A DNA stretch of 64,000 nucleotides from an uncultured Bacteroidales bacterium (GCA_903913645.1 CAIWMA010000009.1:319-64318), one strand, 5' to 3'; positions 10,435-20,948 are shown, counted from the first letter of the stretch. A program made the numbers and translations. Notes: generated by a model not told the origin, from the sequence alone.

Positions 10435-13400
10435 TTACTTTTGGAAGATCATTTTACCCGTCGTTTGCGATAACAGCCCGTTTGAAGTACGCACTATCAG
10501 ATTGTACACATAGATTCCCGACGGGACTTTACTTCCCTGATTACCGAGCCCGTCCCAGCGTAAAGGATTGCTAACAGAACCAATTTGTGTCGCTGTTTGT
10601 TCAATAATCCTCACTAACTGACCGGTTATCGAATATATCTCGGCACGTACGGTGAAATCCACATTTTTCTGATTATGCTCAAACACAATATCCGTATAAT
10701 TACTGAATGGATTTGGGTAATTGTATGTTCTTGAGATTACAAAATCGCCTGAAGGATATACAACAAAATGAATTTCAGCTTCAGATGAATTATTAAAAAC
10801 ATCCCAGACCTTTACTGTTAATGTATGCTCGCCAGGTGAAAGCATAGAAAAAGGGAACCAAATATACCCGCTTTTAAATGTATTGATATCCGACTCGTAA
10901 AAATCGTTAAGTATAAAAGGCTCAGAAGTGTTTCCATCCAAAATGGCTGTAATATCGTGGCCTATCCCATTTCCAATTGTATTTATGCCATTTTCATCAC
11001 TGACGATAGCAAGAAGTTTTGCATTCTGATCTGTAATGCCCCCATCGCGGAACTTATCAGTGTTCATGAATAAATTAATTTCTGGCCCGTTGTTATCGAC
11101 AACTTCCGGTTGTGATGAACCTCCTACAATAATATCGTTGTAATATCCGGCAGCATCGCGGGTTCCGTCGGTAGCATAATAACTGATTTTCCCGGAATCA
11201 TAACGGTAAGCAATGTCTTTTGGTACAATGAAAGTAAAACTAAACCTGCCAGCCACTACATTCACCTTTCCTTTATAAAGCAGGTTTTTACGAAGCATAA
11301 ACGAATATTCAGCTCCGCCATCGTTAGCAAGCGTCTTGAGCGGTACTGATTTATCGAATACCGAGGGGAAAACCGTACCGTTAAAATCGGAAACCAGTTT
11401 TCCCAGGTTGTCGGCTACAAAACCTTCAATTGTAACTTCCATATATGCTTTCAGGGTATCAGCACCATTTCCTGGAACGCGGCCATTGACGGAGGTTGTC
11501 GAAATATTAAGTGATGGGAAATCAATTTGCATAGCCGGATCACCAAGCAAAACATATTTCCTGCCATTTTCGTTGGCACCTTTATCGCGCTTGGAATTCA
11601 TAATGATTTCTCCCATGCTGAGCCGTTTGCTGCCGGGTTTACTCATTGCATACTCATAGAATTTTTTATTCAGCTCAAAGTTCGGGCTACCATAGGTTGG
11701 CCTGGTAGTTGTAAAGAGAGCAATTCCACCACCTTTGGGGTTGAGCAGAACCAATTCGCCAGCAGCTGTCCTGCCAGGATCATCAAAGCGGCTGAATTCG
11801 CAGGTAGCAGTAACAAATACGGGAAGATTATCAAAATTGGACCAATTGTTTATTTCGTTCACTGTTAGCACTTGTTCATGAGCCAGGCCGGTTTCGCCTC
11901 CATGACCGGTGTAATTAAGTATAAGGCAGCCCTTTTCAACCCGCTGGGTAATAGCCTTGTTAGCTTCAGGATAACGGTTTCCACCTGGTGTTGCAACCTG
12001 AACATACGAGTCAAGGTAAATCTTGTCCAGGTTTATATCTGAATAATTATTTTCAATATACATAGCCATTTGCTCAGCCTGAGATACATGCTCATTATAA
12101 TCTTCGTCATCTGCAACAAAAGTGACAATATTTTGCCAGTCGCCGGAATTTTCAGCCGAGGGAACCGAATAGTGTATGATTTTATCAACCGCTTTTTCGG
12201 CTTCTTCCGGAGTTTTTACCGGCAAACGGCCAATTCCCAGGTCAATTATATCGGCATACGAAAGGCCTTCGTTATTATCAAGCATACCGTAATAATCATC
12301 TGATACAAGAGAACTGATCGGACTGAACGAATCAGGCGATTGCCATGAAGGTACGGCATTGGTATTAGGAGCAATTTTACCTTTGTAATCATAGGATGCA
12401 TCGCCGAAAAGCAGCAAATATTTCGGTATTCCGGATACAGAAGACTTATCATAAAGCAATTTAAGGAAATCACGAATCGCTGTTAAATCAGTAGTCCCGG
12501 AGGAAAATTCATTATAAATGGTAACCGGATCGAGAACGAGTACATTGAGATCGGAAGTATTTGCATGGAAAGTTGCCAATCGTACCGCCTGCGACATAAA
12601 TGCCTGGGGAGCAAGAATTATCATTTCAGTCCCAGTTAAAGCATGCAGGTTCTGGTTTTGTATTTTTGTGATAAAATGAGGCGTTAGCAACCCATTTTCA
12701 TCAAAGGCAACAAATTGTCTTAACGTATCGCACGAAAGTTTAAAAACCAAGTCATTACCCTCAACAGGCGCATTTATGGCAGCCACTTTAAACGGATCAG
12801 TCACTTCCCATATTTTGGCTTTGCCGGCTGCATCACTTACACGATATTTCGCAGCATGGCCGATACCAAAACGGCTATCACGGAAATCAAGTTGTCCGCC
12901 GGTGAACCTCAGATCACACCTTGCATTAACATCAAGCAGATCAAGATACCCTGCTCCTGTAGCCGTTGTTTTGTTGTAATGCACATCAATTTTAAGTGGT
13001 AAAGCTACAGACTGGAGTGATGCATAAGCAGTGGCACTAGATGCGACAGGACTATCTTTGTAGGATGAAATCGGTGAATGCGCTGCATCCCAGGTCTGAG
13101 ATCCTATACTAAATTCGAATGAACTGGCGTATGTAGAACTTGCAGCGGTAACCGAACGGACTTTTACCTGGCCACCTGCAGCCAGCGCTGGAATATTAAA
13201 AGGGAAAGATCTATTTGTAATTACATCAAAAATTTGCGAAAACCATTGCCTGCCGGATTTTAAAAGGTTCAGATTATTTTCCTCATAAAAGGTGTAATAG
13301 TCGTAGGAATCTACAATATCAGTTTCAGAAACTGCGGAACTTTCCTTTAATGAAATCCGCTTCCCCGTTCCACCGTCTGTTGTTAGAAAATAACAAATAG

Positions 13401-14256
13401 TATCTGCATACAAATGTGAAGTGTGTTCCCATATCTGGTTGTAACTATCGTATTGCCAATTCACAGGTCCCTGGGCATAAAAAATAATCTGGTCACCTTT
13501 GTCGAAAGATCCGTCATTTTGACCAGTAACTTCAATAGTATTTTCGGGCAGATCATCGGCACGAACTGCAGAATTTGCTTCCGGAAGCATGGTACCGCCA
13601 CGGCTGTAGATGCCGATTTTTGCCGGATTCAGTGTCGCAGGATTAATTCCCATAGATACCAGGTCGTTGTACCCGATCTGGTAAATCCCTGTTTGGGTAA
13701 TACCAAGTTTATACCAGCTCCCCTGCGAAAGCACTGAATTTGCAAAATAATTCCGTGTTGAACTTTTCGATTGCATTCCTGTTTCTGGAAACCGTATCCG
13801 GAAGGAAGACAACTTTAGCACCTGATTTGTAGTCTTATCTTTTTTAAAAGGTAATATCTCAAGATGAACTCCATTTCGCTTCTGGCTCATAACTTTGCGT
13901 GTTGAATAGGACAGATCAAAAGGAATCTGTGATACAAATTCCTGTGCCAGTGATTGTTCTTCAACTTCTAATGGTAAAAATACGCAACTATCGAGGGTAA
14001 TATTTTCAGAAATATTCTCAATAAAAAACATTTCATTCCATACCGGCAATGTTTTTTTGCTAGGATAACAGGCACCTTCGAATGAAATCAGTTTACCAAC
14101 GCTATCGTTTACTGTAAGAGCCGTAGGTTTGTTCCAGGAAATTGCGCGGCTTACCTGCTGAGCCTGTGAGTGCGAAACCAAGGGCAGCAGCAGCACTAAA
14201 AGCAACAGGCACAGACAACAAGCCTTTCTGATCAACAATATATTGGTTCTTAACAA
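10435..14256 (-). CDS. porU: type IX secretion system sortase PorU paralogue (C25 peptidase), copy 2
   Basis: 1273 aa, collinear with copy 1 over its full length. Motifs NYTGHGGETGLAHE and VTATCEFSRFDDP, and a C-terminal CTD (YNYPNPF...GIYVYNL...MIFQK). Only 24 nt separate it from copy 1. Confidence 0.85.
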   Translation of the reverse strand: MLRTNILLIRKACCLCLLLLVLLLPLVSHSQAQQVSRAISWNKPTALTVNDSVGKLISFEGACYPSKKTLPVWNEMFFIENISENITLDSCVFLPLEVEEQSLAQEFVSQIPFDLSYSTRKVMSQKRNGVHLEILPFKKDKTTNQVLKLSSFRIRFPETGMQSKSSTRNYFANSVLSQGSWYKLGITQTGIYQIGYNDLVSMGINPATLNPAKIGIYSRGGTMLPEANSAVRADDLPENTIEVTGQNDGSFDKGDQIIFYAQGPVNWQYDSYNQIWEHTSHLYADTICYFLTTDGGTGKRISLKESSAVSETDIVDSYDYYTFYEENNLNLLKSGRQWFSQIFDVITNRSFPFNIPALAAGGQVKVRSVTAASSTYASSFEFSIGSQTWDAAHSPISSYKDSPVASSATAYASLQSVALPLKIDVHYNKTTATGAGYLDLLDVNARCDLRFTGGQLDFRDSRFGIGHAAKYRVSDAAGKAKIWEVTDPFKVAAINAPVEGNDLVFKLSCDTLRQFVAFDENGLLTPHFITKIQNQNLHALTGTEMIILAPQAFMSQAVRLATFHANTSDLNVLVLDPVTIYNEFSSGTTDLTAIRDFLKLLYDKSSVSGIPKYLLLFGDASYDYKGKIAPNTNAVPSWQSPDSFSPISSLVSDDYYGMLDNNEGLSYADIIDLGIGRLPVKTPEEAEKAVDKIIHYSVPSAENSGDWQNIVTFVADDEDYNEHVSQAEQMAMYIENNYSDINLDKIYLDSYVQVATPGGNRYPEANKAITQRVEKGCLILNYTGHGGETGLAHEQVLTVNEINNWSNFDNLPVFVTATCEFSRFDDPGRTAAGELVLLNPKGGGIALFTTTRPTYGSPNFELNKKFYEYAMSKPGSKRLSMGEIIMNSKRDKGANENGRKYVLLGDPAMQIDFPSLNISTTSVNGRVPGNGADTLKAYMEVTIEGFVADNLGKLVSDFNGTVFPSVFDKSVPLKTLANDGGAEYSFMLRKNLLYKGKVNVVAGRFSFTFIVPKDIAYRYDSGKISYYATDGTRDAAGYYNDIIVGGSSQPEVVDNNGPEINLFMNTDKFRDGGITDQNAKLLAIVSDENGINTIGNGIGHDITAILDGNTSEPFILNDFYESDINTFKSGYIWFPFSMLSPGEHTLTVKVWDVFNNSSEAEIHFVVYPSGDFVISRTYNYPNPFSNYTDIVFEHNQKNVDFTVRAEIYSITGQLVRIIEQTATQIGSVSNPLRWDGLGNQGSKVPSGIYVYNLIVRTSNGLLSQTTGKMIFQK

Positions 14257-14454
14257 GTTATCAGAACTATAATAAAAAAGATGGATTCCGATTTGAAACC
14301 GGTGGTTTAGTTATGCGTATAAACAGGTATTTTCACTTTTAAAAGCCGGTATTTTAAAAAACGAGAAAAACAATTCATTATTGCGGCTACCAAGATATTT
14401 TGTAAAAACCTTCCCGATTAGTGAATTATTTTGTAATATTGTCCTCATAAATCT

Positions 14455-15441
14455 ATGCATACGAAAGCAGCATCTATATTATTTATAGGATTCCTATTCG
14501 CCTTTATACGTGTTTCAGGGCAGGATGCTGTATTCTCTCAATTCTATGCCAATCCCGTTTATCTGAATCCGGCTCTTGCCGGCAACGTAATCTGTCCGCG
14601 CATTGCGCTCAACTACCGCAATCAGTACCCCGCATTAGGAGGCAACTATGTTACATATAATGCAGCTGCCGACATGTATGTGCATTCGCTTTCCGGTGGT
14701 ATGGCTGTACTTGCTACTTCAGACAAAACCGGCCCTTTAGCCTCATTTTCAGGTGATATAGTATATTCCTATCATTTAAAAATTACTCAAAAACTTAGGA
14801 TGAATGCAGCTTTACAGGCTGGATACTATCAATACCGGTTGAATTGGGATAAACTGGTTTTCGAAGATATGATCAATCCCGGGACAGGTGAAATTATTTC
14901 AGGCAATGAAGCACAACCCGATAAAATGAGTGTCGGAGATGTTGATTTTTCAACCGGAATGGTTTTGGGATATGACGAAAAATATTACGTCGGCTTAGCT
15001 GCTCACCACATTACAAACCCTGACCTTGCTTTCTACCAGGGCAATATCAGCCGCCTGGCAACGCGTTTTACCGTTCATGCCGGAGCTATATTCAACCTGA
15101 AAGATGCACTTGCCGGTAGAGAAAATGATAATTTTTCGATTTCTCCAAATATCGTTTATATGCAGCAAGGTGATTTTCACCAGTTGAACGGCGGGATGTA
15201 TCTGAATTTTTACCCTTTTGTAACCGGATTATGGCTCCGGCATAATTTTGAGAATCCTGATGCTGTAATTGCCATGTTAGGTTTCCAGCAACCCACTTTC
15301 AAAGTTGGCTATAGTTTTGACTTTACGTTGTCCCATATGGGTATGCCGGCAGGCGGTGCCCATGAGATATCATTCGTTTGGTATCTACCATGTCCTAAAA
15401 AAGATTTTCAGTACAAGGCAATAAAATGCCCTAGTTTTTAG
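14455..15441 (+). CDS. porP: PorP/SprF family type IX secretion system membrane protein
   Basis: 328 aa with a signal peptide. Family-typical N-terminus QDAVFSQFYANPVYLNPALAG and beta-barrel-like composition. It lies 29 nt upstream of gldJ. Confidence 0.85.
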   Translation: MHTKAASILFIGFLFAFIRVSGQDAVFSQFYANPVYLNPALAGNVICPRIALNYRNQYPALGGNYVTYNAAADMYVHSLSGGMAVLATSDKTGPLASFSGDIVYSYHLKITQKLRMNAALQAGYYQYRLNWDKLVFEDMINPGTGEIISGNEAQPDKMSVGDVDFSTGMVLGYDEKYYVGLAAHHITNPDLAFYQGNISRLATRFTVHAGAIFNLKDALAGRENDNFSISPNIVYMQQGDFHQLNGGMYLNFYPFVTGLWLRHNFENPDAVIAMLGFQQPTFKVGYSFDFTLSHMGMPAGGAHEISFVWYLPCPKKDFQYKAIKCPSF

Positions 15442-15470
15442 TTAATACCCAAACAAACACCATTACAAAA

Positions 15471-16958
15471 ATGTTAAACTACCGCAAAATAGCAGCAAAA
15501 GTATTGTTTGCAGCAACAATTGCACTACTGGTTTCTTGTTCGAAATTTGGAAAAGATCAATCACGAACTACCGGTTGGAACTACAATGACCCCAAAAACG
15601 GTGGCTTCCAGGTGAAAGATTACCAGAATCAAACAACAGGCCCAGGCCTTGTATTTATCGAAGGTGGAACCTTTACTATGGGACGTATTAGTGACGATCC
15701 TATGTACGAATGGAATAACATCCCTAGAAGGGTGACTATTCCCAGTTTCTACATGGACGAAACTGAAGTCTCCAACCTTGATTATACCGAATATCTATAT
15801 TGGATAAGCCGTGTATTCGGAACAAGCTATCCGCAGGTTTACCAGAAAGCCTTGCCGGATACCCTGGTATGGCGTGAAAAACTTGGTTATAACGAACCTC
15901 TTGTTGAAACATACCTTCGCCATCCTGCATACAGGAATTACCCTGTTGTAGGCGTAAGCTGGTTACAAGCTAACGATTATTGTTTGTGGCGTACTGACCG
16001 TGTAAATGAAATGCTGCTGGTTAAGCATGGCACTTTGGATCTTGACCCGGCTCAAAAAGACGAAAACAACTTTAATACCGAAGCTTATCTTGCAGGCCAA
16101 TATACAGGGCTTGTTAATAAACCTGAGCGTGACTTAAATCCTAATGGAACCGGTGAGCGCGCTGTTCGCCTCGAAGATGGTATCCTTTTACCAAAATACA
16201 GGCTCCCTACGGAAGCTGAATGGGAATTTGCTGCTTATGGCCTCATTGGCAATACTCATTTTGAAAGGGTTGTTGAACGCCGTATGTATCCCTGGAACGG
16301 AACAGTACTTCGTTCCGACGACAGTAAATTTTATGGCAGCTATGTAGCAAACTTCAAGCGTGGCCGTGGTGACTATATGGGTGTTGCAGGTAACCTGAAT
16401 GATGGTGCAGCAATTCCGGCAGAAGTAGGTTCATACTGGCCAAATGACTATGGTTTGTATAATATGGCAGGTAATGTTGCCGAATGGGTTATGGATGTTT
16501 ATCGTCCGTTAAGTTTCGAAGATGTGAACGACATGGCACCTTTCCGCGGGAATACTTTCCAGACACGTCAGACCGACGGACAAGGATACCTGGTTCCTAA
16601 AGACAGCCTAGGGCGGATAAAATACCGCCCTGTTACTGAAGAAGAAGCAATGGGCAGGATCAACTACCGCAAAGCTGACAATATCAACTACCTTGATGGT
16701 GATTATCAATCACTTGCCGGTGTTGACTGGATGGCTCCTACCGAAGGTGGAAGCACCAGCGATAAAATGTATGAATATGGTGTTTCGTCCTTAATCAGCG
16801 ATAAAACCAGAGTATTTAAAGGTGGTTCGTGGCGCGACCCGGCTTATTATCTCAGTCCGGCTACACGTCGTTCACTCGATGAAAAAATGTCGACCAACTA
16901 CATAGGATTCCGTTGTGCTATGGGCAGCGTAGGCGGTTCATCGGCAGGAAAAAAGTAA
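15471..16958 (+). CDS. gldJ: gliding motility/T9SS lipoprotein GldJ (FGE-sulfatase/SUMF1-like fold, GldK/PorK paralogue family)
   Basis: 495 aa. Lipobox LLVSC, TTGWNYNDPKNGGF N-terminal segment, FGE-sulfatase-type motifs (YPVVGVSW, YNMAGNVAEWV, GGSWRD). The porV-porU-gldJ-murF neighbourhood matches F. johnsoniae. Confidence 0.85.
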   Translation: MLNYRKIAAKVLFAATIALLVSCSKFGKDQSRTTGWNYNDPKNGGFQVKDYQNQTTGPGLVFIEGGTFTMGRISDDPMYEWNNIPRRVTIPSFYMDETEVSNLDYTEYLYWISRVFGTSYPQVYQKALPDTLVWREKLGYNEPLVETYLRHPAYRNYPVVGVSWLQANDYCLWRTDRVNEMLLVKHGTLDLDPAQKDENNFNTEAYLAGQYTGLVNKPERDLNPNGTGERAVRLEDGILLPKYRLPTEAEWEFAAYGLIGNTHFERVVERRMYPWNGTVLRSDDSKFYGSYVANFKRGRGDYMGVAGNLNDGAAIPAEVGSYWPNDYGLYNMAGNVAEWVMDVYRPLSFEDVNDMAPFRGNTFQTRQTDGQGYLVPKDSLGRIKYRPVTEEEAMGRINYRKADNINYLDGDYQSLAGVDWMAPTEGGSTSDKMYEYGVSSLISDKTRVFKGGSWRDPAYYLSPATRRSLDEKMSTNYIGFRCAMGSVGGSSAGKK

Positions 16959-16974
16959 GACATATTTTGTTTAT

Positions 16975-17007
16975 AAAAAACCCATCCCTTATACGGATGG
17001 GTTTTTT
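16975..17007 (+). terminator. Rho-independent terminator after gldJ
   Basis: acccatcc (16979-16986) pairs with ggatgggt (16994-17001) around loop cttatac, followed by a T6 run. An A-run sits upstream, so it could work in both directions. Confidence 0.8.
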
Positions 17008-17046
17008 ATTTTAAGTAATTTGCATACTTCTAATGTTACCGTTCAC

Positions 17047-18336
17047 ATGTACATCTCAACTGAAGAATTATATTCCATTTACCTCGACCATCCTGCAATC
17101 TCAACTGATTCAAGAAGAATTGAGCAGGGAAGCCTGTTTTTTGCTCTTAAAGGTGACAACTTCGACGGCAATAAGTACGCGGGAATTGCACTGGATACAG
17201 GAGCATCGTATGCTGTGATTGATGATGTAGCCTACGCCGGTGCTAAAACACTACTGGTTTTAGATGTGCTCGACTCATTGCAGCAACTGGCATTGTTTCA
17301 CCGGAGAAAATTCAATATCCCGGTTATTGCAATAACCGGTAGCAACGGCAAAACAACCACCAAAGAGTTGATAAATGCTGTCTTAGGCCAGCAATTTCAT
17401 GTTACCGCAACCAAAGGAAATTTCAACAATCATATTGGCGTTCCGCTGACATTGTTAGGCATTACGAATGAAACACAAATTGCAATTGTCGAAATGGGTG
17501 CAAATCACCAGCTGGAAATCGCACAGCTTTGCCAGTTGGCGGAACCTACGCATGGATTGATCACAAATATTGGCAGGGCTCATCTGGGCGGTTTCGGAGG
17601 ATATGAAGGCGTTATCAAAGCAAAAAGTGAACTTTATACCTGGCTTCGCAACACGGATGGAACCGTATTTGTAAATGCAGGAAATCCATTACTCATGAAA
17701 CTTTCTGCAGGAATGAAAAGGATTTTGTATGGTACGGATGAAGGCATTAACACCCAGGGAATAGCTAAGACTGGCACTTCAAATCTTGAACTGGACTGGT
17801 TTTCAAATAATGGAAAAATTACTCTCCAAACTAACTTGGTGGGAAATTATAATTTCGAAAATGTGCTGGCTTCAATTTGCATGGGCACCTTTTTAAATGT
17901 TCCACCTGATAAGATTAAAACAGCGATTAATTCCTACATGCCTTCGAACAGCCGGTCGCAGGCTTTAAAAACGGAAAGAAATTCCATTATCCTAGATGCT
18001 TACAATGCCAACCCTACAAGCATGCAGGTTGCTATTGAAAATTTCAGGCAAGTAGAAGCATTGCATAAAATGGTGATATTGGGTGATATGCTGGAACTTG
18101 GCCAGGAAAGTGCAGTCGAACATTTGTCAATAGTAAAACTGGTTGAAAAATCAGGTTTTGAACGCGCAATATTTGTTGGTCCTGATTTTAAAGCTGTGGC
18201 ATCAGGAAAATTCACCTGTTTCAATAATTCTGAAGAAGCATTTGACTGGTTTCAGAAGGAACAGATTAAAGATTTTACTATTCTGGTAAAAGGATCGAGA
18301 GGGATAAAAATGGAAAAAGTACTGGAAGCATTGTAA
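17047..18336 (+). CDS. murF: UDP-N-acetylmuramoyl-tripeptide--D-alanyl-D-alanine ligase
   Basis: Mur ligase P-loop ITGSNGKTTTKE plus MurF-type N- and C-terminal domains. I prefer ATG 17047 (MYISTEEL) over the track's TTG at 17020, which abuts the gldJ terminator. Confidence 0.9.
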   Translation: MYISTEELYSIYLDHPAISTDSRRIEQGSLFFALKGDNFDGNKYAGIALDTGASYAVIDDVAYAGAKTLLVLDVLDSLQQLALFHRRKFNIPVIAITGSNGKTTTKELINAVLGQQFHVTATKGNFNNHIGVPLTLLGITNETQIAIVEMGANHQLEIAQLCQLAEPTHGLITNIGRAHLGGFGGYEGVIKAKSELYTWLRNTDGTVFVNAGNPLLMKLSAGMKRILYGTDEGINTQGIAKTGTSNLELDWFSNNGKITLQTNLVGNYNFENVLASICMGTFLNVPPDKIKTAINSYMPSNSRSQALKTERNSIILDAYNANPTSMQVAIENFRQVEALHKMVILGDMLELGQESAVEHLSIVKLVEKSGFERAIFVGPDFKAVASGKFTCFNNSEEAFDWFQKEQIKDFTILVKGSRGIKMEKVLEAL

Positions 18337-18349
18337 ATACCTTCTAACA

Positions 18350-19408
18350 ATGAAAACATACAGCATAATAGGTATGATGTCGGGTACTTCGCTTGATGGG
18401 GTTGATCTTGCTCATTGTACCTTTGAGGAATCTGAGGACGGATATTCTTATGAACTTGGTAAGTGCGACACCATTCCCTATCCCGAAAAATGGCTAAACA
18501 GGCTGAAAACACTTCACCTTGCTTCAGCACTTGAATATGCCCAAACGCATACTGAATATGGAAGATATATCGGTAGCCTCATCCACAATTTTGTTATTAC
18601 CAATGAAATTTCTGCTGATTTCGCTGCCTGCCATGGGCACACCATTTTTCATAATCCAACGAAACAATACACTTCACAGATTGGAGAAGGCGCAGCTATT
18701 GCGGCGGAATGCGGTTTACCGGTTGTTTGTGACTTTCGTACCAGCGATGTTGCTGCCGGCGGACAAGGTGCACCACTGGTTCCCATTGGCGACCAACTGC
18801 TTTTTAATCAGTATGATTATTGCCTGAACCTGGGTGGATTTGCCAATATTTCCATGCAAATAAACGGCAGACGAATTGCCTGGGATATCTCACCGGCAAA
18901 CATTATCCTGAATCACATCGCTGTTCAGAAAGGAAAACCGTACGATAAAAACGGAGAAATAGCCGCATCAGGCATGGTACATCCTGAGTTGCTCCAAACG
19001 CTGAACAACCTTGGGTATTATCGTATGCAACCGCCAAAATCACTAGGCAGGGAATGGATAGAAAAGGAAATTCTTCCCATATTACCTTTATATAACATCA
19101 GCCTTGATGACGCTGCCTGTACCTTTTGCGAACATATTGCCATGCAAATTGCCAGCTGCCTTGTGAAAGATTCAAATAAACAAATGCTGGTTACCGGAGG
19201 AGGCACTTTTAACACATTCCTGGTTCAAAGGATCGCCGTACACACTGTTGTTGAACTCATCATTCCGGATGCTCAAACCATCAATTATAAAGAAGCCCTT
19301 GTATTTGCATTCCTGGGACTACTCCGTATGCAGGGAAAACCCAACTGCCTTGCTTCGGTAACAGGAGCATCGCGCAATATTTCGGGAGGCGCCGTGTATT
19401 TGCCATAG
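18350..19408 (+). CDS. anmK: anhydro-N-acetylmuramic acid kinase
   Basis: 352 aa. N-terminal GMMSGTSLDGVDLA motif and overall AnmK layout. It starts 14 nt after murF. Confidence 0.9.
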   Translation: MKTYSIIGMMSGTSLDGVDLAHCTFEESEDGYSYELGKCDTIPYPEKWLNRLKTLHLASALEYAQTHTEYGRYIGSLIHNFVITNEISADFAACHGHTIFHNPTKQYTSQIGEGAAIAAECGLPVVCDFRTSDVAAGGQGAPLVPIGDQLLFNQYDYCLNLGGFANISMQINGRRIAWDISPANIILNHIAVQKGKPYDKNGEIAASGMVHPELLQTLNNLGYYRMQPPKSLGREWIEKEILPILPLYNISLDDAACTFCEHIAMQIASCLVKDSNKQMLVTGGGTFNTFLVQRIAVHTVVELIIPDAQTINYKEALVFAFLGLLRMQGKPNCLASVTGASRNISGGAVYLP

Positions 19409-19567
19409 CCTATCTTTAAAAAATGTTTTACGTATTTCACTGATTTGAATTAGGAATTTTGTATTGAATTTATCTACATTTGTGCCGTCAAAAAAAAAGA
19501 ATACTTTATTGATATATTATATCAAAAGTAAGCTTCTGAATTCCTGAAAAACATCTAAAAACTTTCT

Positions 19568-20905
19568 ATGAAACTTAACATTAAAGTATGGATTGCCATA
19601 ATAACCATGGCATTCCTTTTGCTGCCTGTATTTACATTTGCTGCGGCTCCGGCCGCTATTCCATTATTTTTCGGCATCAGGCTAGAGTTTATAATTTTTG
19701 CACTTACCCTGATCGGAGTGGCCGTTTCCCATAATAAAACCATGTTTGTTGCACTGGGCGGATTGCTGGCATTACTTATTTTAAAATATCTCTTCCTACC
19801 CGACTATTCATTTATAGAACATATAACGGGAACCACTGAACAGGAAGGTGAATGGCGAACTTTACTAAACCTGACGGGTTTATTGTTTGGCTTTGGAATA
19901 CTGGCTAAGATATTTGAGGAATCAGGTATTCCCGACAAACTCCCGGCTTTTCTGCCCAACGACTGGAAAGGCGGATTTTTGCTTTTGGTCCTGGTTTTTG
20001 TTATATCAAGTTTCCTTGATAATATTGCTGCAGCAATGATAGGTGGTGCTGTTGCCGTAGTGGTTTTTAAAGGTAAAGTTCACCTGGGTTACCTGGCTGC
20101 CATTGTCGCCGCCAGTAACGGAGGCGGTTCAGGTTCGGTGGTAGGAGATACAACCACAACCCTGATGTGGATTGACGGTGTGAACCCTATGGATGTTCTG
20201 CATGCATATTCTGCGGCTATTCCTGCATTGTTTTTATTCGGAATTCCGGCTTCAATTATTCAGGACAGGTATAATCGTATTACAAAAGATGCAAATAAAA
20301 TCGTAAAAATTGATACAGTTAAGATCCTGATAGTTATGTTAATTCTTATCGGGGCAATACTTACCAATTATTTGATGGATTTCCCTGCTGTAGGTGTTTG
20401 GATTGCAATCCTACTCGGTTCACTTTTACGTAAAACTCCATGGGATGAAATTCCCAAATCGCTTCAGGGAACAATCTTCCTTGTTGCACTGGTAACCTGT
20501 GCATCATTAATGCCGGTAAATGAACTTCCCACAGCTACCTGGCAGACGGCTTTTTCACTTGGATTTGTTTCGGCTGTTTTTGATAATATCCCATTAACAA
20601 AACTCTGCCTCGAACAAGGCGGTTACGATTGGGGTGTACTGGCTTATAGCGTTGGGTTTGGAGGTTCAATGATTTGGTTCGGATCATCGGCCGGGGTTGC
20701 ATTATCAAATATGTTTCCCGAAATGCGTTCCGTTTCCAATTATGTAAAAAAAGGATGGTTTGTAATAATGGCCTATATTATAGGGTTCTTTATCATGCTT
20801 GGAGTGGTGGGATGGCATCCTCATGCACCTCACCGCAAGGACAAAAACGATATAAAAACTGAACAGCTTTTGCAACCTGTATCAACAGATTCGTTATCAC
20901 ATTAA
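19568..20905 (+). CDS. ion-transporter superfamily permease (ArsB/NhaD/CitMHS-like)
   Basis: 445 aa with about 11-12 predicted TM helices. Repeated hairpin-type motifs SFLDNIAAAMIGG and SAVFDNIPLT are typical of this superfamily. The substrate cannot be inferred. Confidence 0.7.
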   Translation: MKLNIKVWIAIITMAFLLLPVFTFAAAPAAIPLFFGIRLEFIIFALTLIGVAVSHNKTMFVALGGLLALLILKYLFLPDYSFIEHITGTTEQEGEWRTLLNLTGLLFGFGILAKIFEESGIPDKLPAFLPNDWKGGFLLLVLVFVISSFLDNIAAAMIGGAVAVVVFKGKVHLGYLAAIVAASNGGGSGSVVGDTTTTLMWIDGVNPMDVLHAYSAAIPALFLFGIPASIIQDRYNRITKDANKIVKIDTVKILIVMLILIGAILTNYLMDFPAVGVWIAILLGSLLRKTPWDEIPKSLQGTIFLVALVTCASLMPVNELPTATWQTAFSLGFVSAVFDNIPLTKLCLEQGGYDWGVLAYSVGFGGSMIWFGSSAGVALSNMFPEMRSVSNYVKKGWFVIMAYIIGFFIMLGVVGWHPHAPHRKDKNDIKTEQLLQPVSTDSLSH

Positions 20906-20948
20906 TTTAAAATAAAGCGCTGATTTTGAATTCACACTAAATTTATAA

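Noticed and set aside
6635-13737. Many 60-128-aa ORFs on both strands within the two porU genes
   Set aside because: All are nested in the 1273-1274-aa ORFs. They are typical shadow ORFs of long genes and none has signal peptides or motifs.
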